Below are positions 9,812-19,572 of a stretch of 57,978 nt of DNA, piece by piece (the stretch's first letter is position 1; every line of letters starts with the position of its first letter). This DNA comes from a virus (lineage: Duplodnaviria; Caudoviricetes). Below the pieces are notes generated by a model. The model did not search any database. It was not told the DNA's origin and saw only the letters and a program-made list of their open reading frames with translations. The stretch is from IMG/VR virus record IMGVR_UViG_3300005253_000632, positions 1 to 57,978 of that record. One strand, 5' to 3'. Position numbers and translations under genes: made by a program.

Positions 9812-10216
9812 TTACGGCAATTTGCAGTAATGCGGGGTGTCGACAAGGCGCTGTCGGCCTTGTTGGTCTGCATAGCAGCCGACACCCTTCAAGGAAATGT
9901 TTAAGGTAAGGCTTTTGTCGGGTCCATATTTTGCCCAGCGGTCATTGCTAACACATTCGATAGGATCGCGTTCAAGCGAGAGGGCGACGATATGAGCGTC
10001 AAGCAAACACACCGTTACCGCTGGCGCCGACGGCCATTCGATCTCAATGTCCTGCGGTCCGCCATGAAGCCGGACTTTCCCGGGCACGACGATCTGACGT
10101 TTCGGCAACACGATGGCCCGCTCGGGCATATCAGCCTCTCGCCGCGGAACACGGGCGATGATGGCGCTTGAGATAAACGCCCCGATTGATCCGCCGAGAA
10201 AGTCTCGTCTGTCCAT
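9812..10216 (-). CDS. Hypothetical antisense moron with twin-arginine-like N-terminus
   Basis: MDRRDFL start, GAGGAG RBS, own promoter. Confidence 0.65.
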   Translation of the reverse strand: MDRRDFLGGSIGAFISSAIIARVPRREADMPERAIVLPKRQIVVPGKVRLHGGPQDIEIEWPSAPAVTVCLLDAHIVALSLERDPIECVSNDRWAKYGPDKSLTLNISLKGVGCYADQQGRQRLVDTPHYCKLP

Positions 10217-10237
10217 GATGGGCACTCCTCAATGAAT

Positions 10238-10265
10238 AGCGTAACAACAAAGAGTACAGAGTCAA
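10238..10265 (-). promoter_or_regulatory. sigma70-like promoter TTGACT-16-TACGCT
   Basis: Directly upstream of the RBS of 9812..10216. Confidence 0.5.
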
Positions 10266-10324
10266 GGGGGACAACCGCCGCCGACTTTCCGAGCTGATAT
10301 CACCGCATCGCGCTGCGCCTTTCC

Positions 10325-10675
10325 CTAAGTGCCGGGTAGGCTCCTTGCCGCATGAACAACTTTGCATGCCGGGCACTCGCCAACGAGTACCGTTACGGCG
10401 AATCGCTCCATTCCGATATTCAGGGTGCGCATGTCGGGGATCTGTATTGGTCCTCTCGCTGCAATGAGACTCACAGCCTTTTGGATGTTGCACTTCCCTC
10501 GGCACGGCAACGTGAGATGGTCGTAGTGATGCTGCATAACCGTGTCATCGGCGTACCACCGCACACCGTTTTTGCGCACCGACTCGCCAAACTTGGGGTG
10601 ACAGAGAAATATGTGTTCCAACTCGTGCTGCGAGAGGATACACTCCGTTGGTGCGTGTGTGGCAAGATTGCTCAT
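10325..10675 (-). CDS. Hypothetical Cys-containing protein
   Basis: Fills the gap; C-terminal CPAC. Confidence 0.5.
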   Translation of the reverse strand: MSNLATHAPTECILSQHELEHIFLCHPKFGESVRKNGVRWYADDTVMQHHYDHLTLPCRGKCNIQKAVSLIAARGPIQIPDMRTLNIGMERFAVTVLVGECPACKVVHAARSLPGT

Positions 10676-10719
10676 TGACAAGTGCTCCCCGATCAGCATT
10701 GTAGCATCTAAAGACTCAG

Positions 10720-11529
10720 ATGATAGACAAAACCGTCGCGGATTTCCCATCGTGGTATCATCGCATCAGGTTGCCTGATGGCACTGTCACGCCGGGTTGG
10801 TTCCCGCCGCAAAACATTCCAGACATCGTTGATTGGTACGAACTGCCAGAGGACTTCACCGGCAAGCGCGTGCTGGACGTAGGAGCTTTCGACGGCTTCT
10901 GGACGTTCTTGGCACTCGAGCGCGGCGCCGAACAGGTCGTGGCTATCGAGGACTGGTCGGATCGCATCGGTGAGTATGGCGACGAGCGGCACCGGCCGTG
11001 GGACACGTTTGATTTCTGCCGGGAGGCGCTACGATATGCAAGCCCCGAATGCCAAAGGCACACTATGTCGGTGTACGATGTAGCCACGTACAGCAGCCGG
11101 CAATACCCCGGCGAACCTGATTGGCTAGCATCGTTCGATACGGTCTTCCTGCTCGGCGTGCTGTACCACCTGCGGCATCCGCTGCTGGCCCTCGATGCTA
11201 TCGCCAAAGTCTGCAAGCCCGGCGCGGAGCTGTACGTCGAATCGGCGGTCTGCGATCAATACTCGCCATACAAGCCGGGCACCCCACCGTACGATGGTCG
11301 TTGCGTGATGGAATTCTATCCAACTGACCAGCTTGGCAAGCGCGCAACTAACTGGTGGGCACCGAACCTCAAGTGCTTGATGAACATGGTGGCGGCTGCG
11401 GGCTTTGGCCAGGTGCGATGCAACCTGCTGACCAAAGACCCGCAAGCGCCGGCTCACTGCCGGGCTATGGTTCGTGCGGTCTACACTGGCAAGCCAATGA
11501 AGGCGGGGCAAGTGCTATCCGTGCCGTAA
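10720..11529 (+). CDS. Class I SAM methyltransferase (CmoB/DUF1698-like)
   Basis: WYH...G..TPG, GKRVLDVGAFDG, FDTVFLLGVLYHLRHP. Confidence 0.85.
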   Translation: MIDKTVADFPSWYHRIRLPDGTVTPGWFPPQNIPDIVDWYELPEDFTGKRVLDVGAFDGFWTFLALERGAEQVVAIEDWSDRIGEYGDERHRPWDTFDFCREALRYASPECQRHTMSVYDVATYSSRQYPGEPDWLASFDTVFLLGVLYHLRHPLLALDAIAKVCKPGAELYVESAVCDQYSPYKPGTPPYDGRCVMEFYPTDQLGKRATNWWAPNLKCLMNMVAAAGFGQVRCNLLTKDPQAPAHCRAMVRAVYTGKPMKAGQVLSVP

Positions 11530-11531
11530 AG

Positions 11532-12188
11532 TTGCCATCCCCTGAGTTCGATGAGCGCCGCCCGATCGAAACGCTGTTTCGGCTGTGCCGCCGGCCGCGC
11601 GTCATTCTCGATATCGGGGCGGGTGAGGGTTTCTATGCGATCAATTTCCGCGTCTTCTTTCCCGGCGCGGACATCTATTGCTTCGAGCCCATCGCTACGA
11701 ACTTCGAGAAGCTGGCCCACAATGCACAGGCCCTGTCGGTCACACCGGTCCCGTGGGCGCTGGGCGAACTCGCTGACGACGTAGTGATGTACCGGACAGC
11801 CACTACCGAGTGCAGTTCGGTACGACAGCCCTTGCCGCCGAATGGCGACGGCAACGACGAGCACCGCCGGGTAGTCGGCCGAGAATCGGCGCCTTGTGGT
11901 CGCCTTGACGATTGGCTTGCGGATGCAGGCGTAGATGCCTCAGCAGTTGACATCGTGAAGCTCGACACCCAGGGGTCTGAGTTAGACATCCTACGCGGCG
12001 CTCCCGAACTGCTGAAGCACCACCCGATCGTGATGATCGAGGAAACCATCCCGACATACTATGAAGGCCAGCCGACGCCCGAAGAGACTGCGGCCTTTAT
12101 GGCCGCCGCAGGTTACCGCCTGGAATGCGACCATCCCTCCGACACCATGCCCGACCTATGGCACGACGGCATCTATGTGGCGGCATGA
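11532..12188 (+). CDS. FkbM-family methyltransferase
   Basis: ILDIGAGEG, CFEP, ALG, RLDD, VKLDTQGSELDILRGA. Confidence 0.9.
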   Translation: MPSPEFDERRPIETLFRLCRRPRVILDIGAGEGFYAINFRVFFPGADIYCFEPIATNFEKLAHNAQALSVTPVPWALGELADDVVMYRTATTECSSVRQPLPPNGDGNDEHRRVVGRESAPCGRLDDWLADAGVDASAVDIVKLDTQGSELDILRGAPELLKHHPIVMIEETIPTYYEGQPTPEETAAFMAAAGYRLECDHPSDTMPDLWHDGIYVAA

Positions 12189-12823
12189 TACGCCGAGAAC
12201 TGGTCATCCCCTCCGACCCGCGAATTTGGCTGGCAAGCTGGCCGCGTTGTGGCAATACGCTACTGCGCCTGATCTTGCACCACTGCTTCGGCATCAAGAG
12301 CGATACGGCCTACGAGAATGATATTACTGGCGAGTTCTCGTCGAATACCTCCAAGCTGGTCAAGACGCACAACAAGCCGCCGAACGACTCGCCTGCTATC
12401 TACATCGTTCGCGACGGGCGTGAAGCCTGCGTGTCTTACATGCACTACATGCGGCAGACCGACCGCGACAAGAATGGCCCGCCGTTGCGATGGGTTATCG
12501 AAGGTCATCATAGCGTATGGTTCGGGACATGGAGTCAACACATTGCTCTGTGGAGTCCGCGGACCCGGACGGACACGTTACTGCTCTCCTACGAGAACAT
12601 GGTAGCATCGCCGGGCCAGGCCGTAGAGCAGATCGCTGAGTTCTTGAATGCCAACCCGACCGGCAACAGTCTACCGACTTTCGCATCATTGCACAAAGCC
12701 CTCCCGACCTTCTTTCGCTCCGGAACGAACGAGACCTGGAAAACAGAAATGATTGGCGACAACCTTGACCTGTTTTGGGCGCTGCACGGGGACGCGATGG
12801 CAGAGTACGGTTATGAACCGTAG
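12185..12823 (+). CDS. PAPS-dependent sulfotransferase
   Basis: 5'-PSB-like ASWPRCGNT, KTH, 3'-PB IYIVRDGR...VS, YENM, FFRSG...W. Confidence 0.9.
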   Translation: MIRRELVIPSDPRIWLASWPRCGNTLLRLILHHCFGIKSDTAYENDITGEFSSNTSKLVKTHNKPPNDSPAIYIVRDGREACVSYMHYMRQTDRDKNGPPLRWVIEGHHSVWFGTWSQHIALWSPRTRTDTLLLSYENMVASPGQAVEQIAEFLNANPTGNSLPTFASLHKALPTFFRSGTNETWKTEMIGDNLDLFWALHGDAMAEYGYEP

Positions 12824-13284
12824 ACAGTAGACAGCGCGTAGTAGCCCGCCATTCCAAGCAGAAAGATGAGTAATGGCCACAGGAGTTTCCATATTCGTGA
12901 GCCACGCCTCTCCGGCACAAGAAAATCGTCGGTGCTTGTCGGCTGCGACGCTTGACGGAGTTGCTCAAGAAGCTCCTGCTCTTCATCCCATTCGACCGTT
13001 TCGTAGGGAATGTGCAGTGCCACAAACTTGAGGCCTGAGTCAAGGAGATAAAGGCGGAAAAACATGCCCTTGTATCCGCGGCCCTGTGGTCCGCTGGCAT
13101 CGTGCCCGCAGCGCTCCGCCACAGCGTGACCCCACACAGTCCATCTGTCGCGCGATCGAAAACGTGATCGACGAGCCGTAGCCTTGTTTAATGCTCGCCA
13201 ATTAGTCTCGGATGTCTCTGCGGAATAAAGGCCCCACAGCCGATCAAACTCCCCCTCCGTCATGTCCGAATCAATGACTGTCAT
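12811..13284 (-). CDS. Hypothetical antisense protein with C-terminal TM helix
   Basis: ORF with hydrophobic C-terminus; start uncertain (could extend to 13386). Confidence 0.5.
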   Translation of the reverse strand: MTVIDSDMTEGEFDRLWGLYSAETSETNWRALNKATARRSRFRSRDRWTVWGHAVAERCGHDASGPQGRGYKGMFFRLYLLDSGLKFVALHIPYETVEWDEEQELLEQLRQASQPTSTDDFLVPERRGSRIWKLLWPLLIFLLGMAGYYALSTVYGS

Positions 13285-13401
13285 AGAACTGCCCCGAGAA
13301 AAGAGAACGAGCCGCAAGCCAACGAGCCAACATCGCGGCAGTATAGCAGGCCTGGGGCACTTTTCATGCTCACAATGGCGGAGCATGGCTATCGGTAGGC
13401 G

Positions 13402-13713
13402 CTACGGTTGATCGCTCTTCATCTTATCCAGGAGCGCCTTGAACTCGTCGAGCATTGTGCCGATTACGATTCGCGTTTGGACAGCCGCCATGAACCGCGA
13501 ATCTAACACTTGCCTAGCGTGCAACGGCTCAAGATGCGTAATGAATTCTCTGATCCATATCAATCGCTCTTCTTGTGTCGGTATGTGCTCATCGCTGATG
13601 AACTCGCTGTACTCAAACCTGGCATTGGCTGACTGATAGTATTCGGTGACTCCGCCTACGGCCGCATGGGCAGTGAGGATTCGGCGCTCAAGCACTTCTT
13701 CTTTTCTGGGCAT
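13402..13713 (-). CDS. Hypothetical protein
   Basis: Non-overlapping 103 aa ORF. Confidence 0.6.
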   Translation of the reverse strand: MPRKEEVLERRILTAHAAVGGVTEYYQSANARFEYSEFISDEHIPTQEERLIWIREFITHLEPLHARQVLDSRFMAAVQTRIVIGTMLDEFKALLDKMKSDQP

Positions 13714-13797
13714 AGCAATCTTTCATTTGACTCAACTCAAGACGAAACGCAAGCAAAATCCGGCACGTTTGGATTTTCTGCGAAAGGATGAGCGCCG

Positions 13798-14031
13798 ATG
13801 CATGCACTCATAGACAAATGCCAAGTTTGCCTACGTCCTGCAACTCGTTGCGTGCAGGATGTGGCTGCGGTCGGATGGTCAGAGCTTCCCGACGGCACGG
13901 CGGCTCTGCATTTCGAGCGCGCCGGGAAGCATTCGTTTTGCGGCGAACACAAGCGGCTTCCCCGGCAATACAACATGGCAGAAATAGAACGGGCACACGA
14001 TGCAAGCAGGCAAGCTCCGACACCTCGTTGA
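13798..14031 (+). CDS. Small Cys/His (Zn-binding-like) protein
   Basis: CQVC...FCGEH; AAAGGA upstream. Confidence 0.5.
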   Translation: MHALIDKCQVCLRPATRCVQDVAAVGWSELPDGTAALHFERAGKHSFCGEHKRLPRQYNMAEIERAHDASRQAPTPR

Positions 14032-14326
14032 CATTCAAACGAACACTACGGTACGCGACACCACGGGGCAGCCGGTGGCGAGCTGGGGCGATACGTCTAC
14101 CGATCAGCGAGCCTTCATTCGCCCACTGCGCGGGAACGAGCTAATGATCGCTCGGCAGGTCACGCCACAGGTCACCCACGAGATCACCATGCGCAATCCG
14201 ACACTGACCCACGATCAACGACTGCAAGAGGCTGGCGGCTCGCGGACGTTCAACATTCTGTCAATCATCAACGTCAACGAACGGGACCATGAGAAACGAA
14301 TCCTGTGCGTCGAAGAGCCAAGCTGA
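14000..14326 (+). CDS. Head closure / head-tail adaptor (SPP1 gp16-like)
   Basis: MQAGKLRH..I, IRPLRG.E, THEITMR, FNI.SI. Confidence 0.9.
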   Translation: MQAGKLRHLVDIQTNTTVRDTTGQPVASWGDTSTDQRAFIRPLRGNELMIARQVTPQVTHEITMRNPTLTHDQRLQEAGGSRTFNILSIINVNERDHEKRILCVEEPS

Positions 14327-14349
14327 TTATGCGGGGGGAGTATCCATAA

Positions 14350-14784
14350 ATGGCATTTGTCGGCGTGGAAAGAGCGGTGCGGCAAATCCTGCAAGACGAT
14401 GCCGATGTTTTTGCCTTAGTGGGCGCTCGCGTGAATCCCGCCAAGGCCGAACAGGGCCCAGCGACACCGTACGTGGTCTACCAGATGATAGCCAATGAGC
14501 ACCACGAGATGTTCGGCGGCTCGGCTGGTTTGGCTAACGCCCTGATTCAAATCAGCGGCTTTAGTACCAGCAAATCGGAGGTTCTTGATCTCAGAGAAAA
14601 GGTGCGGCTGGCGCTCCAGGGACAGACCAGCGTTGTCACGGTGGGCGCAGATACGTTCGACGTGCGAAGCATCCACCTGGAGGGCGACAGAGACATAGAC
14701 GATGACCCGCGAGACGGAAGCGATGCCGCGATATATGGGTGGGCGATGGATTTCCGAGTGGGATACCCGGAGCCGGTTCCATAA
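14350..14784 (+). CDS. Tail terminator / tail completion protein (DUF3168-like)
   Basis: V.ALVG.RV.P, PYVVY, IQIS, DF.V.Y. Confidence 0.8.
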   Translation: MAFVGVERAVRQILQDDADVFALVGARVNPAKAEQGPATPYVVYQMIANEHHEMFGGSAGLANALIQISGFSTSKSEVLDLREKVRLALQGQTSVVTVGADTFDVRSIHLEGDRDIDDDPRDGSDAAIYGWAMDFRVGYPEPVP

Positions 14785-15239
14785 TGGCAATAACTTTCAG
14801 CCTAAAAGGACTTGGCGGCACGAAAGCTGGCGCCTTCCACGTAGACGAAATCATCCACTGGGATGACAAGCTGATCATGGGGTTAGTCGAAGCTGACGTC
14901 GTGCGCGGCATCAGAAAAGCGACCCTAGAGGTCGAGCGAGACGCCAAGGCGCTGATCAGAGAGCGCGGCGCGGAGGTCCACACAGTCAGTGCGGGCGAAG
15001 GTGTTCGCGAGCCTTCCTTGCCGGGCCATCCGCCGCACCAAGTTACCGGATCGCTGTTTCGGGATGTTTCGCACGAATTCAGAAACGACGGACTGACCGG
15101 CGTTGTCGGTACAGACCTGCCCCACGGCAGGTGGCTAGAGTTCGGCACCAGCAAGATGATGGCCCGCCCGTGGCTGCGGCCTGCTTTAAGCGGGGTCATG
15201 TCTCGGGCCGAAACGTTCTTCGGCAACAGCAAATTCTGA
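14784..15239 (+). CDS. HK97 gp10-like neck protein
   Basis: S.PG.PP...TG.L, LEFGTSKM.ARPWLRPA. Confidence 0.9.
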   Translation: MAITFSLKGLGGTKAGAFHVDEIIHWDDKLIMGLVEADVVRGIRKATLEVERDAKALIRERGAEVHTVSAGEGVREPSLPGHPPHQVTGSLFRDVSHEFRNDGLTGVVGTDLPHGRWLEFGTSKMMARPWLRPALSGVMSRAETFFGNSKF

Positions 15240-15279
15240 CGCACACGCGCCGGCGCAATGCCGGCACCAAGGGGGAAAC

Positions 15280-15657
15280 ATGGCAGCATTTTACGGGGTC
15301 ACGGGCATCGTCTCGCTCGGCACCAATGACAGCAACATCAAAGGCTGGAAGCTAACGGTAACGCGCAGCACTCACGATACCACTGTATTCGAGACAGGCG
15401 GGGCGCAGAAATTCAAGACCTTCATTGGCGGACACACAGAGTGGTCGGGCTCATTCGAGGCGCTGGCGGATGATACCAATCTGCTCACGTTGGCAGATTT
15501 TGACGGCGTGGCCGCAGCTCTTTCGCTGACGGACGGGGACGGCAACACCTACACGGGCAATGTCATCCTATCCAACACTGCGATGGAAAACGATCACAAC
15601 GACGTGGCCAAGTTCACTTCCGATTTCCAGGGCACCGGCACGCTCGCTGTGAGCTAA
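15280..15657 (+). CDS. Major tail tube protein
   Basis: HDTT.F, KTFIGG..EWSGS, FQGTG.L; position after neck genes. Confidence 0.8.
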   Translation: MAAFYGVTGIVSLGTNDSNIKGWKLTVTRSTHDTTVFETGGAQKFKTFIGGHTEWSGSFEALADDTNLLTLADFDGVAAALSLTDGDGNTYTGNVILSNTAMENDHNDVAKFTSDFQGTGTLAVS

Positions 15658-15667
15658 GGAGAAATCC

Positions 15668-15982
15668 GTGATCGAAGTAACCGCAACAATCGAGAAGCGT
15701 CAGATATCAGAGCTCGGCAAGCTCAAGGGCAAGGCCAACGCACAGAAGATCACGCTTGGCGGCGAGGAGCACGATCCCGGCCACTTGCAATTTTGTGGAT
15801 TCGCCGGGCGGCGCGGGCCGGACAAGCGCTGGCACGGTGCGTTCCGTTTTGAACCCTGCGCGGGCGGCAGTTGCCCCGTCATCGCATTTGATTTCTTGAC
15901 GCCAGCCAAGCCGCGCGCGCAGGCAGCGAAGCCGCAGACGACCAAGCCAGAGAAGGGGAGAACACGCGATGAGCATAGATAA
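15668..15982 (+). CDS. Hypothetical tail-region protein
   Basis: AAGGAG RBS, GTG start. Confidence 0.6.
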   Translation: MIEVTATIEKRQISELGKLKGKANAQKITLGGEEHDPGHLQFCGFAGRRGPDKRWHGAFRFEPCAGGSCPVIAFDFLTPAKPRAQAAKPQTTKPEKGRTRDEHR

Positions 15983-16373
15983 CCTACTGAGAATCAGCAC
16001 TTCCGGCGCCGGCACGGCAATCAACAAAACGATAACGATTACGGATGAAGCCATTCTCGATCTGTCGTTCGATGTTGCGGATGGCCAGACGGACGAAGAA
16101 CACATCATTGCCGTCGATGTGTCCGAAGCCAAAAGTGTATACATCGTTTCCGACCAAGCGATTGCAATGGAATGGAATGACGGTGCGGGCACGCAGGGCG
16201 ATATGTCTTTGCTTGCAGGCGAGCCCGTGGTCTGGTGGTCTACGCAGGTTACCGATGGCGGCAACACGCTAAACCCGCTGGGCGCCACTGATATTACCTC
16301 CACTTTTTGGACAAACGCCAGCGGCTCTACTGCCAACATTAACTTCCAAGTCGTTTCAGACGCATCGCCGTAA
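15969..16373 (+). CDS. Putative virion structural protein
   Basis: Acidic, beta-rich; AGGGGAG RBS. Confidence 0.6.
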   Translation: MSIDNLLRISTSGAGTAINKTITITDEAILDLSFDVADGQTDEEHIIAVDVSEAKSVYIVSDQAIAMEWNDGAGTQGDMSLLAGEPVVWWSTQVTDGGNTLNPLGATDITSTFWTNASGSTANINFQVVSDASP

Positions 16374-16411
16374 GCGAGCTTCCCCTACATTCCAACGAAA
16401 GGCCCTCCCTC

Positions 16412-16861
16412 ATGCCCGAACAAGTAATCGCCCATTCTCTGGATCAAGTGCAGGGCAAGCCTGTCGAGATCGAAATCGGCGGCAAACAGTACAAGGCATC
16501 GCCGCTCACTTTATCGGACTTCGGCGAAATCAAGGTCCTCATTCGCAAGGGCTGGCTATTGGCTCTCAACGATTGCGGTATTGACCAGGTGGAGTTGCGG
16601 CACATTCGGGCGCTTACCGCCTCGCGGCCTGTTGATATGGACGTGATCGCCGCGGAAATGAGTTCCCCGGACATCGTTCCCTACGTGATTTGGCTGGCGC
16701 TGCGCAAGCACAACAAGATCACGCTCAAGGAAATCACGGAAGCGACGGACGATATCGGCGAGCTGGCCAACGTGGTGGCTGCTGTTAGCGGCATGTACGC
16801 CGAGGGCAATGGCGAAAACCCTACACCGCTATCGACTGGGGTTACGTCTACGGCCTCTTGA
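16412..16861 (+). CDS. Tail assembly chaperone (gpG-like)
   Basis: Immediately precedes the tape measure gene; IEIGGK.Y...PLT..D; ends ..ENP.. Confidence 0.8.
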   Translation: MPEQVIAHSLDQVQGKPVEIEIGGKQYKASPLTLSDFGEIKVLIRKGWLLALNDCGIDQVELRHIRALTASRPVDMDVIAAEMSSPDIVPYVIWLALRKHNKITLKEITEATDDIGELANVVAAVSGMYAEGNGENPTPLSTGVTSTAS

Positions 16862-16983
16862 TGGTGTTTTACCACATGTCGATTGATGAGATTGGCAATC
16901 TCAGCCTGCCTCAGCTTCAAATCCTGATGAACAAAATGGCCAAAGTCAATAAGACTTTGAACCCAGCACCCAAGGGGATGTAG
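16412..16983 (+). CDS. gpGT-like -1 frameshift product
   Basis: Heptamer A AAC CCT at 16816-16822; -1 frame reads YTAIDWGYVYGLLMVFYHMSIDEIGNLSLPQ... to TAG 16983. Confidence 0.8.
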
Positions 16984-18625
16984 TGGCCCGCAAGCTCGGT
17001 GAAGCATTTGTAGCGATCAAAGCCGATATGTCCGACCTCAAGAAAGGGCTGGACGAGGCGGCTGCTGAGACAAAAAAGGCGGTCAGGACGATACTGCGCA
17101 GCCTGAACTTGGTGGAGCGGGCGCTTGGTGGCTTGATCAAGGTCGGGGCCGGGCTGTCCGTGGGGCTGACGCTCCCGATTGTGTTGGCTTCTCGCAGCTT
17201 TGTGCGTCTAGGCTCTGCCGCAAACGAGCTTGAAAACAGGTTCAGCATATCGTTCGGCAACATGACCGAGGAAATGAACGAATGGGCCAGTCGATTATCC
17301 GACGCCGTTGGCCGTAGCGCCATTGACACTAAGGATTTCGCCGCATCGTTCAATACGATGATTGGTCCGCTCAGGCTGGGCGCAGACGCAGCGTCAGCGA
17401 TGGCCAAAGAGCTTACCAAGCTAACATTCGACTTGGGCTCTATTGCAGATTTGACGCCCGAAGCGTCGTTCAGAAAACTGCAATCGGCCCTCGCGGGGCA
17501 GTTCCGGCCTCTTCAGAGATACGCCGAGTCAATGTCTGCGGCGGCAGTAAAGACGTTTGCGCTTGACAACGGCATTATAGCACTTGGCGAAACGATGAAC
17601 GAGACACAGAAACTTGTGGCTCGTTTTGGTCTTGTTACTGAAACGCTCAAGTTCGCGATGGGGGATGCAATCAGGACCGGCCAGGGCTGGCAGAACCAAT
17701 GGGAGCGGTTGCTAGGGCAGATCAAAGACATGTCCTCCGCGATGGGGCAAATCATGATACCAACGCTGCTGGCGTTGCTGCGCGTAATGAATGTAACCAT
17801 CATCCCCCTGGCGCTGTGGGTCGTCGAGTTCGTCAAGCTACATCCCCTGCTGGGAAACGTGGCCACCGCCGTCGCGCTTCTCGTCGCCGTGCTTGGGCCG
17901 CTTCTTATCATTTCCGCCGGACTGCTGCTAATCTACATTAAAATACGTTTTGCGTTTAAGGCGGCACAGATTACGTTGGGGCTCTTTGGTATCAAAGTCA
18001 AGGGCACCGCGCTCAGCGTGTTACTGTTCACCAAGGCTTTGGGGTTCGCAAGGATAGCAGGCGGGTGGCTCAGGGTAGAGTTCATTAGGATGAGAACTGC
18101 TTTGACTGCGCTTAGTGCCAGATTTAGGCTGGCATCAATCAGCTCGATTTCATTCGCGGCCATATGGACCGGGGCGGCGGGGGTCATCGCGGGTGCGGCT
18201 GCGCTTGTGGCTGGCGCGTTTCGCCTGATGTGGGCGGCGATCCTGGGTCCAGCGGGGTTAGCCATCATAGCCATTACGGCTTTGGCGTTCCTGATTGAGC
18301 ACTTGTTAGCCAAATCGGCAATGAAGGGCCTTGCCGAAGAAACGGACGCCCTCAACAAGGCGCTCAAGGCCTCAAGGGCGGAGCGGCGGGCGGCGCTGGG
18401 GACACGGGCGGCGGGGCCGGGTTTGGGCGCACCGTTAGTACGCCGGTTTTGGGCTTGCTTGCAGGCGGTGGCGAGGGCTTCTCTCGAATCTTCGCCGGAG
18501 CGGCCGGGGCAATAGGCATCAAACCGAAGGGTGACCAACTTGTCGCCGGGAAGCTCGATCGCACCAACGAACTCTTGGCCGAGATTGCGGGCAACGGCAT
18601 GTCTCCGGCATTGGTCCTCGCCTAA
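16983..18625 (+). CDS. Tape measure protein; apparent frameshift near 18370 (frame 0 stops at 18515, -1 frame continues to 18625)
   Basis: LGEAFV.I.AD, LS.GLTLPI, helical Ala/Leu-rich; -1 frame ends KLDRTNELLAEI...LA* with stop overlapping the next ATG. Confidence 0.85.
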
Positions 18626-19572
18626 TGGCCATCACGGTTACAGAGCTCGTCCGCACCGGCCCTATCTCCTTGGACCAAAGCCAAGAGGTACGGGTCCGCG
18701 AGTTCAAGGTTGAAACTACCGATGCCGATGGGGACAACCTGTCGTTTGAGTCAGACGTCACATTCGCCGAGAACATTCCGCGAATCGGTGATCTGTGGTC
18801 CGCGCACGGCTACCAGGGCTCGGACGATCTCGAAGGCGAACTAACCCACGCCGAGCCGCGCGACATAGCCACAGAAGGCCAGCTCAGCGTCCACGGCGTT
18901 CGGGTAATCCGCTTGGCCGAATCAAGCTCGGGCGGCCTGAAAACGATTACATTCAAGGTAACGGTTCAATATGGAACCAAGAAGGTATTGTGGACCGCCC
19001 GTAAGCAAGCGGAAATCACGACCAAAACCGAGAAGATATTCTGGGATTTGGATGCAATTGAGGGGCCGCCGTTTCCGACCCCGCCGACCTACCTCGCGCA
19101 ATGTGCTACTTGGTCAAGCATCATTCAGCAGCCCTTGCCGCCGCAGTTTCCAAACTACGGCCATGAATCGGTAATCGAGAACGGCGAGGGAACCGACAAG
19201 CTCGCCCCGCAATTCGTGTTGAGCTTTCAGAAGCTCGTTTATGACCCCGACCTTGCCCAACAGCGAGAACTGTTTGACCTTGCAGCAACAACGAACGAAA
19301 CATCGGGCCAAGAAATCTTTATAGGCGAAAACCACTGGCTGTTCCTGGGCTCACAAGGCTCCGAAGTTAGGGATGACGTATTCGACTTGACCCTCAAGTT
19401 TGCCTATGACAAGTGGGATCACCGATACTTCACGTATACCACTGAGCAGGGTTCAACGTGGCCTGTGATTGCCGGAGCGGGGGCACAGGCTGTCCCGGCG
19501 TGCCGTAGCTACCGAATCTATCCTCGCACGGACTGGAATCCGATTGCAACAATACTTGGTATCACCCTGTAA
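18625..19572 (+). CDS. Putative distal tail / tail hub protein
   Basis: First gene after tape measure; aromatic beta-rich. Confidence 0.6.
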   Translation: MAITVTELVRTGPISLDQSQEVRVREFKVETTDADGDNLSFESDVTFAENIPRIGDLWSAHGYQGSDDLEGELTHAEPRDIATEGQLSVHGVRVIRLAESSSGGLKTITFKVTVQYGTKKVLWTARKQAEITTKTEKIFWDLDAIEGPPFPTPPTYLAQCATWSSIIQQPLPPQFPNYGHESVIENGEGTDKLAPQFVLSFQKLVYDPDLAQQRELFDLAATTNETSGQEIFIGENHWLFLGSQGSEVRDDVFDLTLKFAYDKWDHRYFTYTTEQGSTWPVIAGAGAQAVPACRSYRIYPRTDWNPIATILGITL

